From Phototrophicaceae bacterium (lineage in GTDB: Bacteria; Chloroflexota; Anaerolineae; Aggregatilineales; Phototrophicaceae): a stretch of 64,000 nucleotides of DNA. Location: positions 1,309,287 through 1,373,286 of the forward strand of contig OZ241910.1 of assembly GCA_965203755.1 (NCBI GenBank), written 5' to 3'. The position numbers and the translations under genes were made by a program. Below the pieces are notes generated by a model that was not told where the DNA came from, made no database searches, and was given only the letters and a program-made list of their open reading frames with translations. Of this stretch, positions 45,512-55,031 are shown one piece after another (the stretch's first letter is position 1; each line of letters opens with the position of its first letter).

Positions 45512-46993
45512 TCATATCCCTACCACTACTTCACCAACTTCTTCATGCCCGGTCACGCCGACCAAGCCATAATTGTATTCCGTAAACGGCCACAAGCCAA
45601 TTTTTAGCTTTGATATCCCCGCCGCATAAGACCATTCCATCGACTGAATATACGCCGCCTCGTCGATATCGCCCTTCTTCAAATCAACAATATCCATTAG
45701 ATCATAAGCCCGCGCATCCTGAAGCGCCGCCCCCATCAGATAAATCGCGCCAAGCTCATTTTGACTTTGGAAACCTTGGATGTAATGCTCAAGCAGCTCC
45801 TCCTCCTCGCCGCCCAAGTTGGCCAATTCCAGCATGGCTTGACGCCCGCCGCGATTGCCTGTCCGCACCACCTGCCGCGAAACCGATTCAATCTGAACCG
45901 TGTCTGCATAAATCGCCAGTTCCTCGATAATAACCCGTTCTCGCCCCGCGTTCTCAAATCGCAGGTACAGATGAAAGCCATTAAACGAAGGGAAGCACTG
46001 CACGCCATCCGGCAGCCCTTCAAGACGAATGCCGCCGGTAATCTCAACCGGATACCCATTGACATAACTCTCGAACTCAAAAAACGACCCGCCCGGCGGC
46101 AGATGAAAGTTCCGCAGCGTCTTGAACAGCATATCACTTCGCTCAACGCTGGCCGGCGAAAGCGCCGCCAGTTCAGAAACCCGCTCATGCCAAGACGCAT
46201 AATCAACCCCGTTCCAAGACGTCAGCGTTTCACTGTAACCCGCAGTCCGAACGAACGTCTTGCCATAGCGACCGCGGAAAGCGATATTGTGATTGTAACG
46301 CCCGCCCGCCTCGACAAACAAATAACCCGCTTCGCTCAAAATTGCCTTGGATAAGAGGCTGAATACGCTGCCCGACCGGTCCGCGCTGTCAACGTCCAGC
46401 ATAATCGCATCCACCCGCCCCAACCGCTGATAGCTGGCTTCAAAATGTCCGCGTGGATAATACGCCCCTAACAGCGTCATGGCGCCAAGCGCAGAATCGC
46501 CCAGCACACCGTAACGATACGTTCCCGGCGCCAGCCCATGCGGATTCACCCGAACTTGATGCCACGGCGCCGAAACTGACCCTCGCGTCAGCGCATCAAT
46601 AATCATATCCGACGCCAGAAAATTGATATACGTCGCCGTATCATCATCATGATGCAGCCACGCCAGCGCGTAATCCGCCGTCACCGACAGCTTGCCAGCC
46701 GGCAGACGCGCCACCTCCCGGATGTAACCAGTGTACAAATAAGGATCGTCAAATGTAGGTGTCCGCACCCTTGCCAGCCGTCCGCGAAGCGCAATCCGCC
46801 GACCATGCTTGAACAGCTTAAGAAATTCGTCGTCATAGCTTTCAAATACCGCCTCCAGCCGACCAACCGTCTGTATCCGACCGACCATATCCATCGAGCG
46901 AACCACGTTGAACGACTGCATCGAAGCCGAAACATTGTATTCAGCGAAATTGTCTTCATTGACGTCTAGATAACAGTCAAACCTAAGCGACAT
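45512..46993 (-). CDS. phage tail/baseplate-like protein (tentative)
   Basis: About 490-513 aa ORF heading the fibre genes and tightly coupled to them. The function is inferred from context only. Confidence 0.4.
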   Translation of the reverse strand: MSLRFDCYLDVNEDNFAEYNVSASMQSFNVVRSMDMVGRIQTVGRLEAVFESYDDEFLKLFKHGRRIALRGRLARVRTPTFDDPYLYTGYIREVARLPAGKLSVTADYALAWLHHDDDTATYINFLASDMIIDALTRGSVSAPWHQVRVNPHGLAPGTYRYGVLGDSALGAMTLLGAYYPRGHFEASYQRLGRVDAIMLDVDSADRSGSVFSLLSKAILSEAGYLFVEAGGRYNHNIAFRGRYGKTFVRTAGYSETLTSWNGVDYASWHERVSELAALSPASVERSDMLFKTLRNFHLPPGGSFFEFESYVNGYPVEITGGIRLEGLPDGVQCFPSFNGFHLYLRFENAGRERVIIEELAIYADTVQIESVSRQVVRTGNRGGRQAMLELANLGGEEEELLEHYIQGFQSQNELGAIYLMGAALQDARAYDLMDIVDLKKGDIDEAAYIQSMEWSYAAGISKLKIGLWPFTEYNYGLVGVTGHEEVGEVVVGI

Positions 46994-47090
46994 AACATTC
47001 CAGCCTGAAGTTAATCCCAATGTAGAGATCGCCAGCCCACTTCTGAAGCCCAACCGTCGCTTGAATCACCGACAGCGATAGTTTGAGAGA

Positions 47091-47162
47091 AGCGGGTAAC
47101 GAGATTCGAACTCGTGACCTTTTCCTTGGCAAGGAAATGTTCTACCGCTGAACTATACCCGC
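47091..47162 (-). tRNA. tRNA-Gly (anticodon GCC)
   Basis: GCGGGTA-TA-GTTC..GAAC-A-TTTCC-TTGCCAA-GGAAA-..ACGAG-TTCGAAT-CTCGT-TACCCGC-T folds as a cloverleaf. Confidence 0.9.
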
Positions 47163-47240
47163 ATATATCGCATAGCATAAACAATGGGCATCCCTTTGAC
47201 AAGCCCTTTTTTGGCAAACTTGGCAAAGTGGCGAAGTTTG

Positions 47241-47269
47241 TTGACAAACGCCATCCAATATATCATAAT
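47241..47269 (+). promoter_or_regulatory. strong sigma70-like promoter TTGACA-17-CATAAT for the sugar ABC operon
   Basis: Hexamers at 47241..47246 and 47264..47269, about 120 nt upstream of ATG 47391. Confidence 0.55.
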
Positions 47270-47390
47270 GGTGAATCAGTTTATCCAGTCGGCAAACGGC
47301 TTGTTTGGCAATGAAATTAAGGAGGTGTTCAAGGCGAATCTTGAAACTGTTTTTGAATAAGCAGCTTGTTGGTCTGTTAAGGAGAGAAAA

Positions 47391-48776
47391 ATGACGGAAC
47401 ATAAAGAAGCAGGACGCACAAGGAATCCAATCAGCCGCCGTGAATTATTGAAGATGCTTGGCGGCGGCGCGGCCGGCATAAGCCTGACAAAGCTGGCTGG
47501 CATTGGCGGGGCGGCCTCGGTTTTGCTGCGGGGGATGCCGGCCGCCGCCCAAAGCCGCGTCGAAATCTGGACCGGCTTCGGGCAAGGACGCATGGCTGAT
47601 GCGATGACCGGGGCTATCGAGCAATTCGCGGCGGCGAATTCCGACTATGTCCCTGAGCATATCATTGTGCCATGGGGCGAGATTCACGACCGCGTGATCG
47701 CCGCCACCGCCGCCGGTTCACCGCCGGACGCATATCGCGGCTGGGCTTGGATCGTCGGCGACGCCGCCATCGGCGCGCTGACCAACTTACAGCCCTATGT
47801 CGACGCCGAGAATGTTGACCTGATGGACTTCTGGCCGGCGACGCTCAATCAAATGAAATACCAAGGCGATGTGCACGCCATGAGCATCTCGACCATCGTG
47901 CAGTTTTTGTTCTACAACAAAGACCGCATGAGAGAGGCCGGCTTGGATCCGGACAGCCCGCCGACGACCATCGCCGATCTGGATGAGCAGGGCGCGGCGC
48001 TCAATGATATCGGCGACGATGGCGAAATCCTGCGCCTGGGCTTTTCGCCGACATTGCCGAGCAAGCAAATCTGGGAGTGGGGCGCTGCACACGGCAGTCA
48101 ATACTGGGACGAGGCCGAGGGCAATATCGCCGTCGACGAAGAAGCGATGATCGCGCTGCTGAACTGGTACAAGGATTACGCCGACAAATTTGGCGTCGAA
48201 AACCTGGCAGCCTATGCCAACACCTACGGCGGCAACGGCTTTGGGCGCAACACGCCGCAAGGCATCTACTATACCGGCTTGATCAGCTTCTGGGTTATTG
48301 GCAGCTGGCTGTTCAACGACATGGGCGAATACGGACCGGATGTCGATTTCGACGTCGTGCCGATCCCGACGCTGGCAAGCGCCGACGATGCCACGCCGGG
48401 CACATCAATCGCCAATATGTACTTCGTGCCGGCCAATTGCGCCAACCCCGACGGCGGCTTCGCCTTCGCCAACTTTATGAGCGAATCGCCCTGGGTGGCT
48501 GTCAACAAGGCGCTGGTGGACAGCGTGATGCCATCGCGCAAGAGCCTGGCGAGCTTGCCGGAGGTGGAAGAGCGCGAAGGCGGCTGGACAATCCTGGCGC
48601 GCGACGAGATTCTGCCCAATACGTTGGAAAGACCGAGCTTCCCCGGCAACGGCTTCTTGGGCGAGGCGTTGAACGACGCCGTTGATGAAGTGATGTTCAA
48701 CAATGCTGACCCAGCGACCGTGCTGGCGGATGCGATTGAGCGCTCACGCCGCGAGGTTGAGCGCCTGCGGGGCTAA
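47391..48776 (+). CDS. sugar ABC transporter substrate-binding protein with Tat signal
   Basis: SRRELLKMLGGGAAGISL is a twin-arginine signal. Overall SBP_bac_1-like. Confidence 0.85.
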   Translation: MTEHKEAGRTRNPISRRELLKMLGGGAAGISLTKLAGIGGAASVLLRGMPAAAQSRVEIWTGFGQGRMADAMTGAIEQFAAANSDYVPEHIIVPWGEIHDRVIAATAAGSPPDAYRGWAWIVGDAAIGALTNLQPYVDAENVDLMDFWPATLNQMKYQGDVHAMSISTIVQFLFYNKDRMREAGLDPDSPPTTIADLDEQGAALNDIGDDGEILRLGFSPTLPSKQIWEWGAAHGSQYWDEAEGNIAVDEEAMIALLNWYKDYADKFGVENLAAYANTYGGNGFGRNTPQGIYYTGLISFWVIGSWLFNDMGEYGPDVDFDVVPIPTLASADDATPGTSIANMYFVPANCANPDGGFAFANFMSESPWVAVNKALVDSVMPSRKSLASLPEVEEREGGWTILARDEILPNTLERPSFPGNGFLGEALNDAVDEVMFNNADPATVLADAIERSRREVERLRG

Positions 48777-48797
48777 AGCCAGTATCGCATTCAAGTT

Positions 48798-48837
48798 TGC
48801 CATGCCGGTCAAAATGGCTGGCGTGGCATCCCTTTTG
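48798..48837 (+). terminator. intrinsic terminator/attenuator after SBP gene
   Basis: 9-bp stem TGCCATGCC/GGCGTGGCA (one G-U pair) with a 13-nt loop, then TCCCTTTTG. Confidence 0.5.
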
Positions 48838-48918
48838 CGCGGCGGACCGCCAGGAAAGGCCTCAAGCTGGCGGCGTCGCAAGTCAAAATTTAGCGGCCGA
48901 CCTCGTTAGTGGTTCAAG

Positions 48919-49836
48919 ATGAGCATCAAGCGCAAGAGCGATAAGCCTGCAAACAGTTGGCGCACGGACAATTTGCCTGTTTGGGGCTTGTTCTTTGTGA
49001 TGCCGTGGATCATCGGCTTCCTGGCATTCACCGTTTATCCCTTTTTCGCCTCGCTCTATTTTAGCTTCACTAACTTCAACATCATCAACTTCAGCCCGCG
49101 CTGGGTGGGCCTGGACAATTATATCGAGCTCTTCACCGCCGATCCGCTGTTTTGGATTTCGATTGGCAACTCCATAAAATACGCGGCCTTGCTCCTTGTC
49201 GCCGCCACTATATTTGATATCTTCATCGCCTATCTATTGAGCTTGAATGTTAGATTCCTGTCGATTTATCGCACGATTTTCTTCTTTCCGGTGCTGGTGC
49301 CGGTGGTGGCGGCCAGCTTGACCTGGATCTGGATTCTTAATCCGCGCTTCGGGCTGATGAATGGCTTGCTGGATGGGATTGGCATCAAGGGGCCCAACTG
49401 GCTGGCATCCCCGCAGACGGCGATGCTTTCGCTGATATTCATCGCCGTCTGGGGCAGCGGCCGCCAGGTGATCGTTTATCTTTCCGGCTTCAATGACATT
49501 CCGCGCCAGCTGTATGAAGCAGCCGATATCGACGGCGCCTCTGGCTTGCAGAAGTTTCGCGCCATCACCCTGCCTTTGCTGTCGCCGCAGATCTTTTTTA
49601 ATGTCGTTACCCTCATCATCTTTTCTTTGCAGTCTTTCTCCGAAGTCTACATCATGACACAAGGCGGTCCGGCCAATTCAACCCTGCTCTACGCCGTTAA
49701 TTTGTATGACCGCGCTTTCCGCGATTACGCCATGGGGTATGCCTCCGCCCTGGCATGGATCATGTTCCTGCTGATCTTGGGCTTGACCCTGATCATCTTC
49801 AAGTTTTTGAGCGGGCGAGTCATTTATGAACGTTAG
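48919..49836 (+). CDS. carbohydrate ABC transporter permease (MalF-like)
   Basis: Six-TM BPD permease with an EAA loop (YEAADIDGASGLQKFRAITLP). Confidence 0.85.
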   Translation: MSIKRKSDKPANSWRTDNLPVWGLFFVMPWIIGFLAFTVYPFFASLYFSFTNFNIINFSPRWVGLDNYIELFTADPLFWISIGNSIKYAALLLVAATIFDIFIAYLLSLNVRFLSIYRTIFFFPVLVPVVAASLTWIWILNPRFGLMNGLLDGIGIKGPNWLASPQTAMLSLIFIAVWGSGRQVIVYLSGFNDIPRQLYEAADIDGASGLQKFRAITLPLLSPQIFFNVVTLIIFSLQSFSEVYIMTQGGPANSTLLYAVNLYDRAFRDYAMGYASALAWIMFLLILGLTLIIFKFLSGRVIYER

Positions 49837-50743
49837 GAAAGGCGCGAAAATGGCTGGAGTCTTGCAACCCACCACCGCCAATCGCCGCACAATCAGCCCT
49901 GAAGAGCGCAATTATCTGCTCAAGCGGCGACTGAAATCCATTGTCACACACGCCGCCTTGATTGTTTTTGGCATCATCTTCATGCTGCCCTTTATCTGGA
50001 TGGTCAGCAGTTCGCTGAAGCCGAATGTTGATATCTTCGAGCTGCCGGTGCGTTTGATACCCAAGACCTTTCGCCTCGAAAATTACATTGACGCCACCAA
50101 CGCCATCCCCTTCTGGCGCTATCTGTACAATTCAGCCTATTACACGGTCTTTGCGACCATAGGCTCTGTGCTTTCCAACACTTTCATCGCCTACGGCTTT
50201 GCCCGCGTGCGCTGGCGCGGGCGCAACGCGCTCTTCATTATCGTTATCGCCACCATGATGCTGCCGTTTCAGGTCCGCATGATTCCGCTCTTTATCCTGT
50301 TTTCCAAGCTCGGCTGGCTCAATACCTTCCTGCCTCTGATCGTCCCCAACTTCTTTGGCAACGCCTTTTATATCTTTTTGATGCGGCAGTTTATGATGAC
50401 CCTGCCGCGCGAACTGGACGACGCCGCCCGCATCGACGGCGCCAGCGAATGGGGCATCTTTTGGCGGATTGCCGTTCCCTTGTCCAAGCCGGCGATCCTG
50501 ACGGTGGCCATTTTTGAGATTATCCACACCTGGCACGACTTCATCGGCCCGCTGGTCTACCTGCGGCATCCCACCAAGTATACGCTGTCAATCGGCTTGA
50601 GGCTGTATTTCACGCAGTACGGCGCCGAATGGGGCTTGCTAATGGCGGCCGCCGCCATGTTCACCATACCGATGGTGATCTTCTTTTTCCTCGCCCAACG
50701 CGCCTTCATCGAAGGCATCACCCTGACCGGGCTGAAAGGCTAG
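49826..50743 (+). CDS. carbohydrate ABC transporter permease (MalG-like)
   Basis: EAA loop LDDAARIDGASEWGIFWRIAVP. An alternative start lies at 49850. Confidence 0.85.
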   Translation: MNVRKGAKMAGVLQPTTANRRTISPEERNYLLKRRLKSIVTHAALIVFGIIFMLPFIWMVSSSLKPNVDIFELPVRLIPKTFRLENYIDATNAIPFWRYLYNSAYYTVFATIGSVLSNTFIAYGFARVRWRGRNALFIIVIATMMLPFQVRMIPLFILFSKLGWLNTFLPLIVPNFFGNAFYIFLMRQFMMTLPRELDDAARIDGASEWGIFWRIAVPLSKPAILTVAIFEIIHTWHDFIGPLVYLRHPTKYTLSIGLRLYFTQYGAEWGLLMAAAAMFTIPMVIFFFLAQRAFIEGITLTGLKG

Positions 50744-50747
50744 CCGC

Positions 50748-52382
50748 ATGAGCCGCCTGGTGTTCCAGCCGCAGGCGCGGCAAGCCCTCAAACGCGGCAT
50801 CGACGCGGTTGCCGGCGCGGTAGCTCCAACGTTGGGGCCAACGGCGCGGCATGTCGCCATGGAAGACGCGATACGAACCCGTTCACCGGAACTGCTGGAT
50901 GATGGCGGGGTGATCGCCCGCCGGCTGCTTCAGCTGCCGCATCGAAGCGCCGATGTGGGCGCGATGCTGCTGCGCGAGACCTTGTGGAGGCAAAGGGCGG
51001 CTTATGGCGATGGCGCGGCGACCGCCGCCGTCTTGTATCAAACCGTTTTTGAAGAGGGCTGCCGCTTTATCGCCGCCGGCGGCAATGCCATGCTGCTGCG
51101 GAAGCGCCTTGAACGCGGCATGAAAGCGATGCTGGAAGCCCTGAAGCGGCAAGTCAGGATGATTGCCGAACCAGCAGAGATCGAGCGCCTCGCCTATTCA
51201 ATTTGCGGCGACAGCGACATCGCCAAACAGCTGGCCGACATCTTTGAAGTTCTGGGCCCTCACCATCCGATTGAAGTCCGCGCGGGCGGGCGCGAACTCC
51301 GGCATGAATTTTTCATCGGCTCTTATTGGGATGCCAAAATCCCATCGGCGACTGCCTTTGAGGGGCGGCTTGAGCTTCAGCATACCGCCTGGGTCATCAG
51401 CGACTTCGACTTGGAGGATTTGGCGGCGCTGGTCAGGCTGGTGACTGCTGTTTACCGCGCCGGATTCTCATCGCTGGTCATTGTCGCCAAGTCATTTTCA
51501 CAGCAAATCATTGCGGCGCAGGGAGCCAACAGCCGCCTGGCGGATTTTAAGCTGGTCTATCTGGAGCCGACCGGGCTGCTGGATGAACAGACGGCGGCGC
51601 TGGAGGACCTGGCGCTGATGACCGGCGGGCAGGTCTTGCGGCAGATCACCGGACATCAGCCCAACCGGATCCCGGCGGAACTGTGGGGACAAACTGAACT
51701 GGCGTGGGTGGACAGCAATCGCTTCGGCATTATTGCCGGCAAGGGCGACCGCGCTGCCATCCAGCGAGAAACCGCGGCTTTGGAGCGCCGCTTTGCCAGC
51801 GGCATGAACAGCATGGATGAACGTCAAGCGGCGCTTAGCCGTATTCGCATTGGTCGGCTGCGGGGCGGCTCGGCGGTGATTTGGTGCGGCGGCAGCGCCG
51901 AAAGCGAAATGCGCTGTCAAATGGAATTGGTCACGCGGACGACTGCCGCCATCCGCTCGGCTTTGCTGGAAGGATGCCTGCCCGGCGGCGGGACAGCCCT
52001 GCTCCGTTGTCTAAGGCAGCTGCAAGCCGGTTATGATGCCAGCAGCGACATCCATGAACGCGCCGCCGGCCGGATACTGATGACGGCGGCCGCGGCGCCT
52101 TGCAAGACATTGCTTGTCAACGCCGGGCATGAGGCGCCGGGCGCCATTGTCAATGACATTCAAGCCAGTCACAACGGGCTGGGATATGATTTGCAGACGC
52201 GTCAGTTTGTGGATATGGAGCAGGCCGGCGCCGTCGATTCGGCCGCGGCCTTGATGGCGGCGGTTCGCCATGGCATCGGCGGCGCGGCGCTGGCGCTGAC
52301 TGTTGATGTCATTATTCATCGAGTGAATCCGCCGCTGGCAATGAACCCGGATGGTCTAGCATCATCATCGCCTTCAGCTTAA
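50748..52382 (+). CDS. divergent chaperonin Cpn60/GroEL-family paralog
   Basis: ALKRGIDAVAGAVAPTLGPTARHV, GDGAATAAVL (GroEL has GDGTTTATVL) and GGSAVIWCGG...LPGGGTALL are colinear with GroEL. No groES is adjacent and there is no GGM tail. Confidence 0.7.
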   Translation: MSRLVFQPQARQALKRGIDAVAGAVAPTLGPTARHVAMEDAIRTRSPELLDDGGVIARRLLQLPHRSADVGAMLLRETLWRQRAAYGDGAATAAVLYQTVFEEGCRFIAAGGNAMLLRKRLERGMKAMLEALKRQVRMIAEPAEIERLAYSICGDSDIAKQLADIFEVLGPHHPIEVRAGGRELRHEFFIGSYWDAKIPSATAFEGRLELQHTAWVISDFDLEDLAALVRLVTAVYRAGFSSLVIVAKSFSQQIIAAQGANSRLADFKLVYLEPTGLLDEQTAALEDLALMTGGQVLRQITGHQPNRIPAELWGQTELAWVDSNRFGIIAGKGDRAAIQRETAALERRFASGMNSMDERQAALSRIRIGRLRGGSAVIWCGGSAESEMRCQMELVTRTTAAIRSALLEGCLPGGGTALLRCLRQLQAGYDASSDIHERAAGRILMTAAAAPCKTLLVNAGHEAPGAIVNDIQASHNGLGYDLQTRQFVDMEQAGAVDSAAALMAAVRHGIGGAALALTVDVIIHRVNPPLAMNPDGLASSSPSA

Positions 52383-52437
52383 CTGCCTTATCGTCAATCA
52401 GCTTATCCAAGACTTATTCAAGAAAAGGAGCGTCATA

Positions 52438-53292
52438 ATGAGTTGGAAGCCCAGCGCAGAACAGTTGCAGCAGTGGGAAGAGCGCGGCTATTTTGTGGTC
52501 GAAAATGTGGTCCCGCGTCAGGTGGCCGCCGAGATGCTTGGAGTCATCAAAAACGCCATCATGATGCCGGAAACCGGCGATGTCCACACCGATGCCGACC
52601 CCATGGATCCGATGAACGATGACACGCCCGACGCGCGGGCGGCGCGTTTTCGCAAGCTCAACCGCTTTAACCAGCGCGCGCCGCTTATCTGGCATAATGT
52701 GCATGGCGGCGCGGCGGTGCTGGAAATCGCGCGGTATTTTTTGGGCGCCGACATCCTCTTGAAGTACGACAGCTGTTTCCTCAAGCCGGCGCGGTCGGGG
52801 AGCGCCACCCCCTGGCATCAGGACAATGGCCTCTGGCGCGACGGTGACACTGCCCCCTTCAACTTCTGGATGGCGCTTGATCCGGCAACGATTGAAAATG
52901 GCTGTTTGCAGATGATCCCCGGCAGCTATAAAACCGAGATTGTGCCGCATGTGCTGTATGAGGACAGCATCCATGGCGAACTGCCGCGCGAACGGGTGGA
53001 AGAGATGCTTGACACTTATGGCCTTGAGCATATTGAAGTCAAACCGGGCGGCATTGTCTGCTGGCAAAGCAGCGCTTGGCATTACAGCCCGCCCAATCGG
53101 AGCGAGAAGGGGCGGATCGCCATCGCCGGCGTCTACAGCAGCCCGCAGATTGTCGAAAACGGGCTGGGCTTGGACGTGGGCTACAAGTGGGTGATGAAAA
53201 ATGGCGCCGTCCTTACCGACTTCCCGGCGCGGGATTATGAAATGCAGAACGTGACCGGCTGGCGGCCGCCGCCCCATCCCCGCGTCAGTTAA
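52438..53292 (+). CDS. phytanoyl-CoA dioxygenase (PhyH) family Fe(II)/2OG oxygenase
   Basis: WEERGYFVVENV and PWHQDN (HxD) are PhyH-like. Confidence 0.8.
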   Translation: MSWKPSAEQLQQWEERGYFVVENVVPRQVAAEMLGVIKNAIMMPETGDVHTDADPMDPMNDDTPDARAARFRKLNRFNQRAPLIWHNVHGGAAVLEIARYFLGADILLKYDSCFLKPARSGSATPWHQDNGLWRDGDTAPFNFWMALDPATIENGCLQMIPGSYKTEIVPHVLYEDSIHGELPRERVEEMLDTYGLEHIEVKPGGIVCWQSSAWHYSPPNRSEKGRIAIAGVYSSPQIVENGLGLDVGYKWVMKNGAVLTDFPARDYEMQNVTGWRPPPHPRVS

Positions 53293-53469
53293 ACCCCGAA
53301 GGGCAAAGCCGATGCTGCGCTGGAATCTGCTTGGATGAGGGCGATGGCATCATCATCTGAATCATCTGCTTGAGGGGCATGTCTCGCCCCCCTTGGTTTT
53401 CAGTATCCTATCCACCATGTATTCTGCTACAATGCACAGCAGGACACACGGCGAAAGAAGGAAACAGCT

Positions 53470-54924
53470 ATGGAAAATCAAGCGGACATTGGGCTCATCG
53501 GCTTGGCAGTGATGGGACAGAACCTGGCGCTGAACATCAACGATCACGGTTTCAGAGCGGCGGTATTCAACCGAACGACGGCAAAGGTTGAGCGCTTTAT
53601 CGCCAACGAGGCGCAAGGCACGGACATTATTGGCGTCTATTCGGTTGAAGCGCTGGTGAGGGCATTGAAGCGTCCGCGCAAGGTGATTCTGATGATACAG
53701 GCCGGCGGGGCGGTTGACAAACTCATTGCCCAGCTTGAGCCTTTGCTTGATGAGGGCGATATCATCATTGACGGCGGCAACTCCAACTTCCATGACACCA
53801 TCCGCCGCGCCCGGGCGGTTGAAGCGCGGGGCAAGCTGTACATTGGCGCCGGCATCAGCGGCGGTGAAGAAGGCGCGCGTTTCGGGCCGTCGATCATGCC
53901 GGGCGGCTCGCCGGCGGCCTGGGCAGAGGTCAAGCCGATCTTGCAGTCGGTCGCCGCCAAAGTCGAAGATGGCGCGCCCTGCTGTGATTGGGTGGGCGAA
54001 GATGGCGCCGGCCATTTTGTCAAGATGGTGCACAACGGCATTGAATATGGCGACATGCAGCTGATATGTGAAGCCTACCATCTGATGTCGCAAGTTCTGA
54101 AGATGGACGAGCTTGAAATCAGCGCGGTCTTCCAGGACTGGAACGGCGGCCTCCTTGAATCCTTCCTGATTGAAATCACGGGCAATATCCTGGCGTTTAG
54201 GGATGAGGATGGAACGGCGCTGCTGCCAAAAATCCTCGATGCCGCCAGCCAAAAAGGCACCGGCAAGTGGACGGCTGTGACCGCGCTGGAGGAAGGCGCG
54301 CCGCTGACCTTGATTGGCGAAGCGGTGTTCGCGCGCTGCTTATCATCCCTCAAGGAACAGCGCGTTGCCGCCGCCAAGGCGCTGCCGGGGCCGACGGCGC
54401 CGTTTGTCGGCGACCGGGAGCCGTTCATCCGCGCTTTGGAGCAGGCGGTCTATGCCGCCAAAATCATCAGCTATACCCAAGGCTATATGCTGATGCGCGC
54501 CGCCGCCCAAACCTATGCCTGGAATCTCAACTATGGCGGCGTCGCCTTGATGTGGCGCGAGGGCTGCATCATTCGGTCGGTCTTTCTGGACAAAATTCAG
54601 CAGGCTTATGCTCGCAAGCCCGATTTGGAGAATTTGCTGCTGGACGCTTATTTCCAAGATGCCGTCGTCAAGGCGCAAGCCGCCTGGCGGCACACCGCCG
54701 TTACTGGCATCGCCCACGGCATCCCCCTGCCGATTATGTGCAGCGCCCTGGCATTTTATGACGGCTATCGTTCCGCGACCCTGCCGGCCAACCTGTTGCA
54801 GGCGCAGCGCGATTATTTTGGCGCCCATACCTACGAGCGCGTGGACCGCGAACGAGGGGAGTATTTTCATACCAACTGGACCGGGACCGGCGGCGATGTC
54901 ACCGCCGGCAGCTACCATGCCTAG
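53470..54924 (+). CDS. gnd: NADP-dependent 6-phosphogluconate dehydrogenase (decarboxylating)
   Basis: IGLIGLAVMGQNLALN, GHFVKMVHNGIEYGDMQLI and RDYFGAHTYERVD are hallmark Gnd motifs. Confidence 0.95.
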   Translation: MENQADIGLIGLAVMGQNLALNINDHGFRAAVFNRTTAKVERFIANEAQGTDIIGVYSVEALVRALKRPRKVILMIQAGGAVDKLIAQLEPLLDEGDIIIDGGNSNFHDTIRRARAVEARGKLYIGAGISGGEEGARFGPSIMPGGSPAAWAEVKPILQSVAAKVEDGAPCCDWVGEDGAGHFVKMVHNGIEYGDMQLICEAYHLMSQVLKMDELEISAVFQDWNGGLLESFLIEITGNILAFRDEDGTALLPKILDAASQKGTGKWTAVTALEEGAPLTLIGEAVFARCLSSLKEQRVAAAKALPGPTAPFVGDREPFIRALEQAVYAAKIISYTQGYMLMRAAAQTYAWNLNYGGVALMWREGCIIRSVFLDKIQQAYARKPDLENLLLDAYFQDAVVKAQAAWRHTAVTGIAHGIPLPIMCSALAFYDGYRSATLPANLLQAQRDYFGAHTYERVDRERGEYFHTNWTGTGGDVTAGSYHA

Positions 54925-55031
54925 CCGCGGCCTGCGGGCAGTTCAGACGCAAATTGGCAGCCAAGCTCCCGTTTAGCCTTCCCAGCTAACAGACTGCAAA
55001 ATCCGCCAGTTTGCCCTCTATGGCATCGCGG

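Larger units (their letters stand above)
43678..47090 (-). mobile_element. decayed prophage tail-fibre/lysis module abutting the 3' end of tRNA-Gly
   Basis: Visibly lower GC. It holds a tail-like 513-aa gene, two paralogous fibre-like genes, two small TM ORFs and a LysM-like fragment. No integrase, terminase or capsid genes are present. Confidence 0.45.

Noticed and set aside
47011-47247. A 78-aa minus-strand ORF containing SSAVEHFLAKEKVTSSNLV.
   Set aside because: It is the translation of tRNA-Gly(GCC) at 47091..47162 and its flanks, not a protein gene.
47311-47394. A 27-codon upstream ORF (MKLRRCSRRILKLFLNKQLVGLLRREK) ending in ATGA overlap with the sugar SBP start.
   Set aside because: There is no Shine-Dalgarno sequence before its ATG. 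The AAGGAGG inside it is more simply part of the leader or RBS region. There is no evidence of conservation.
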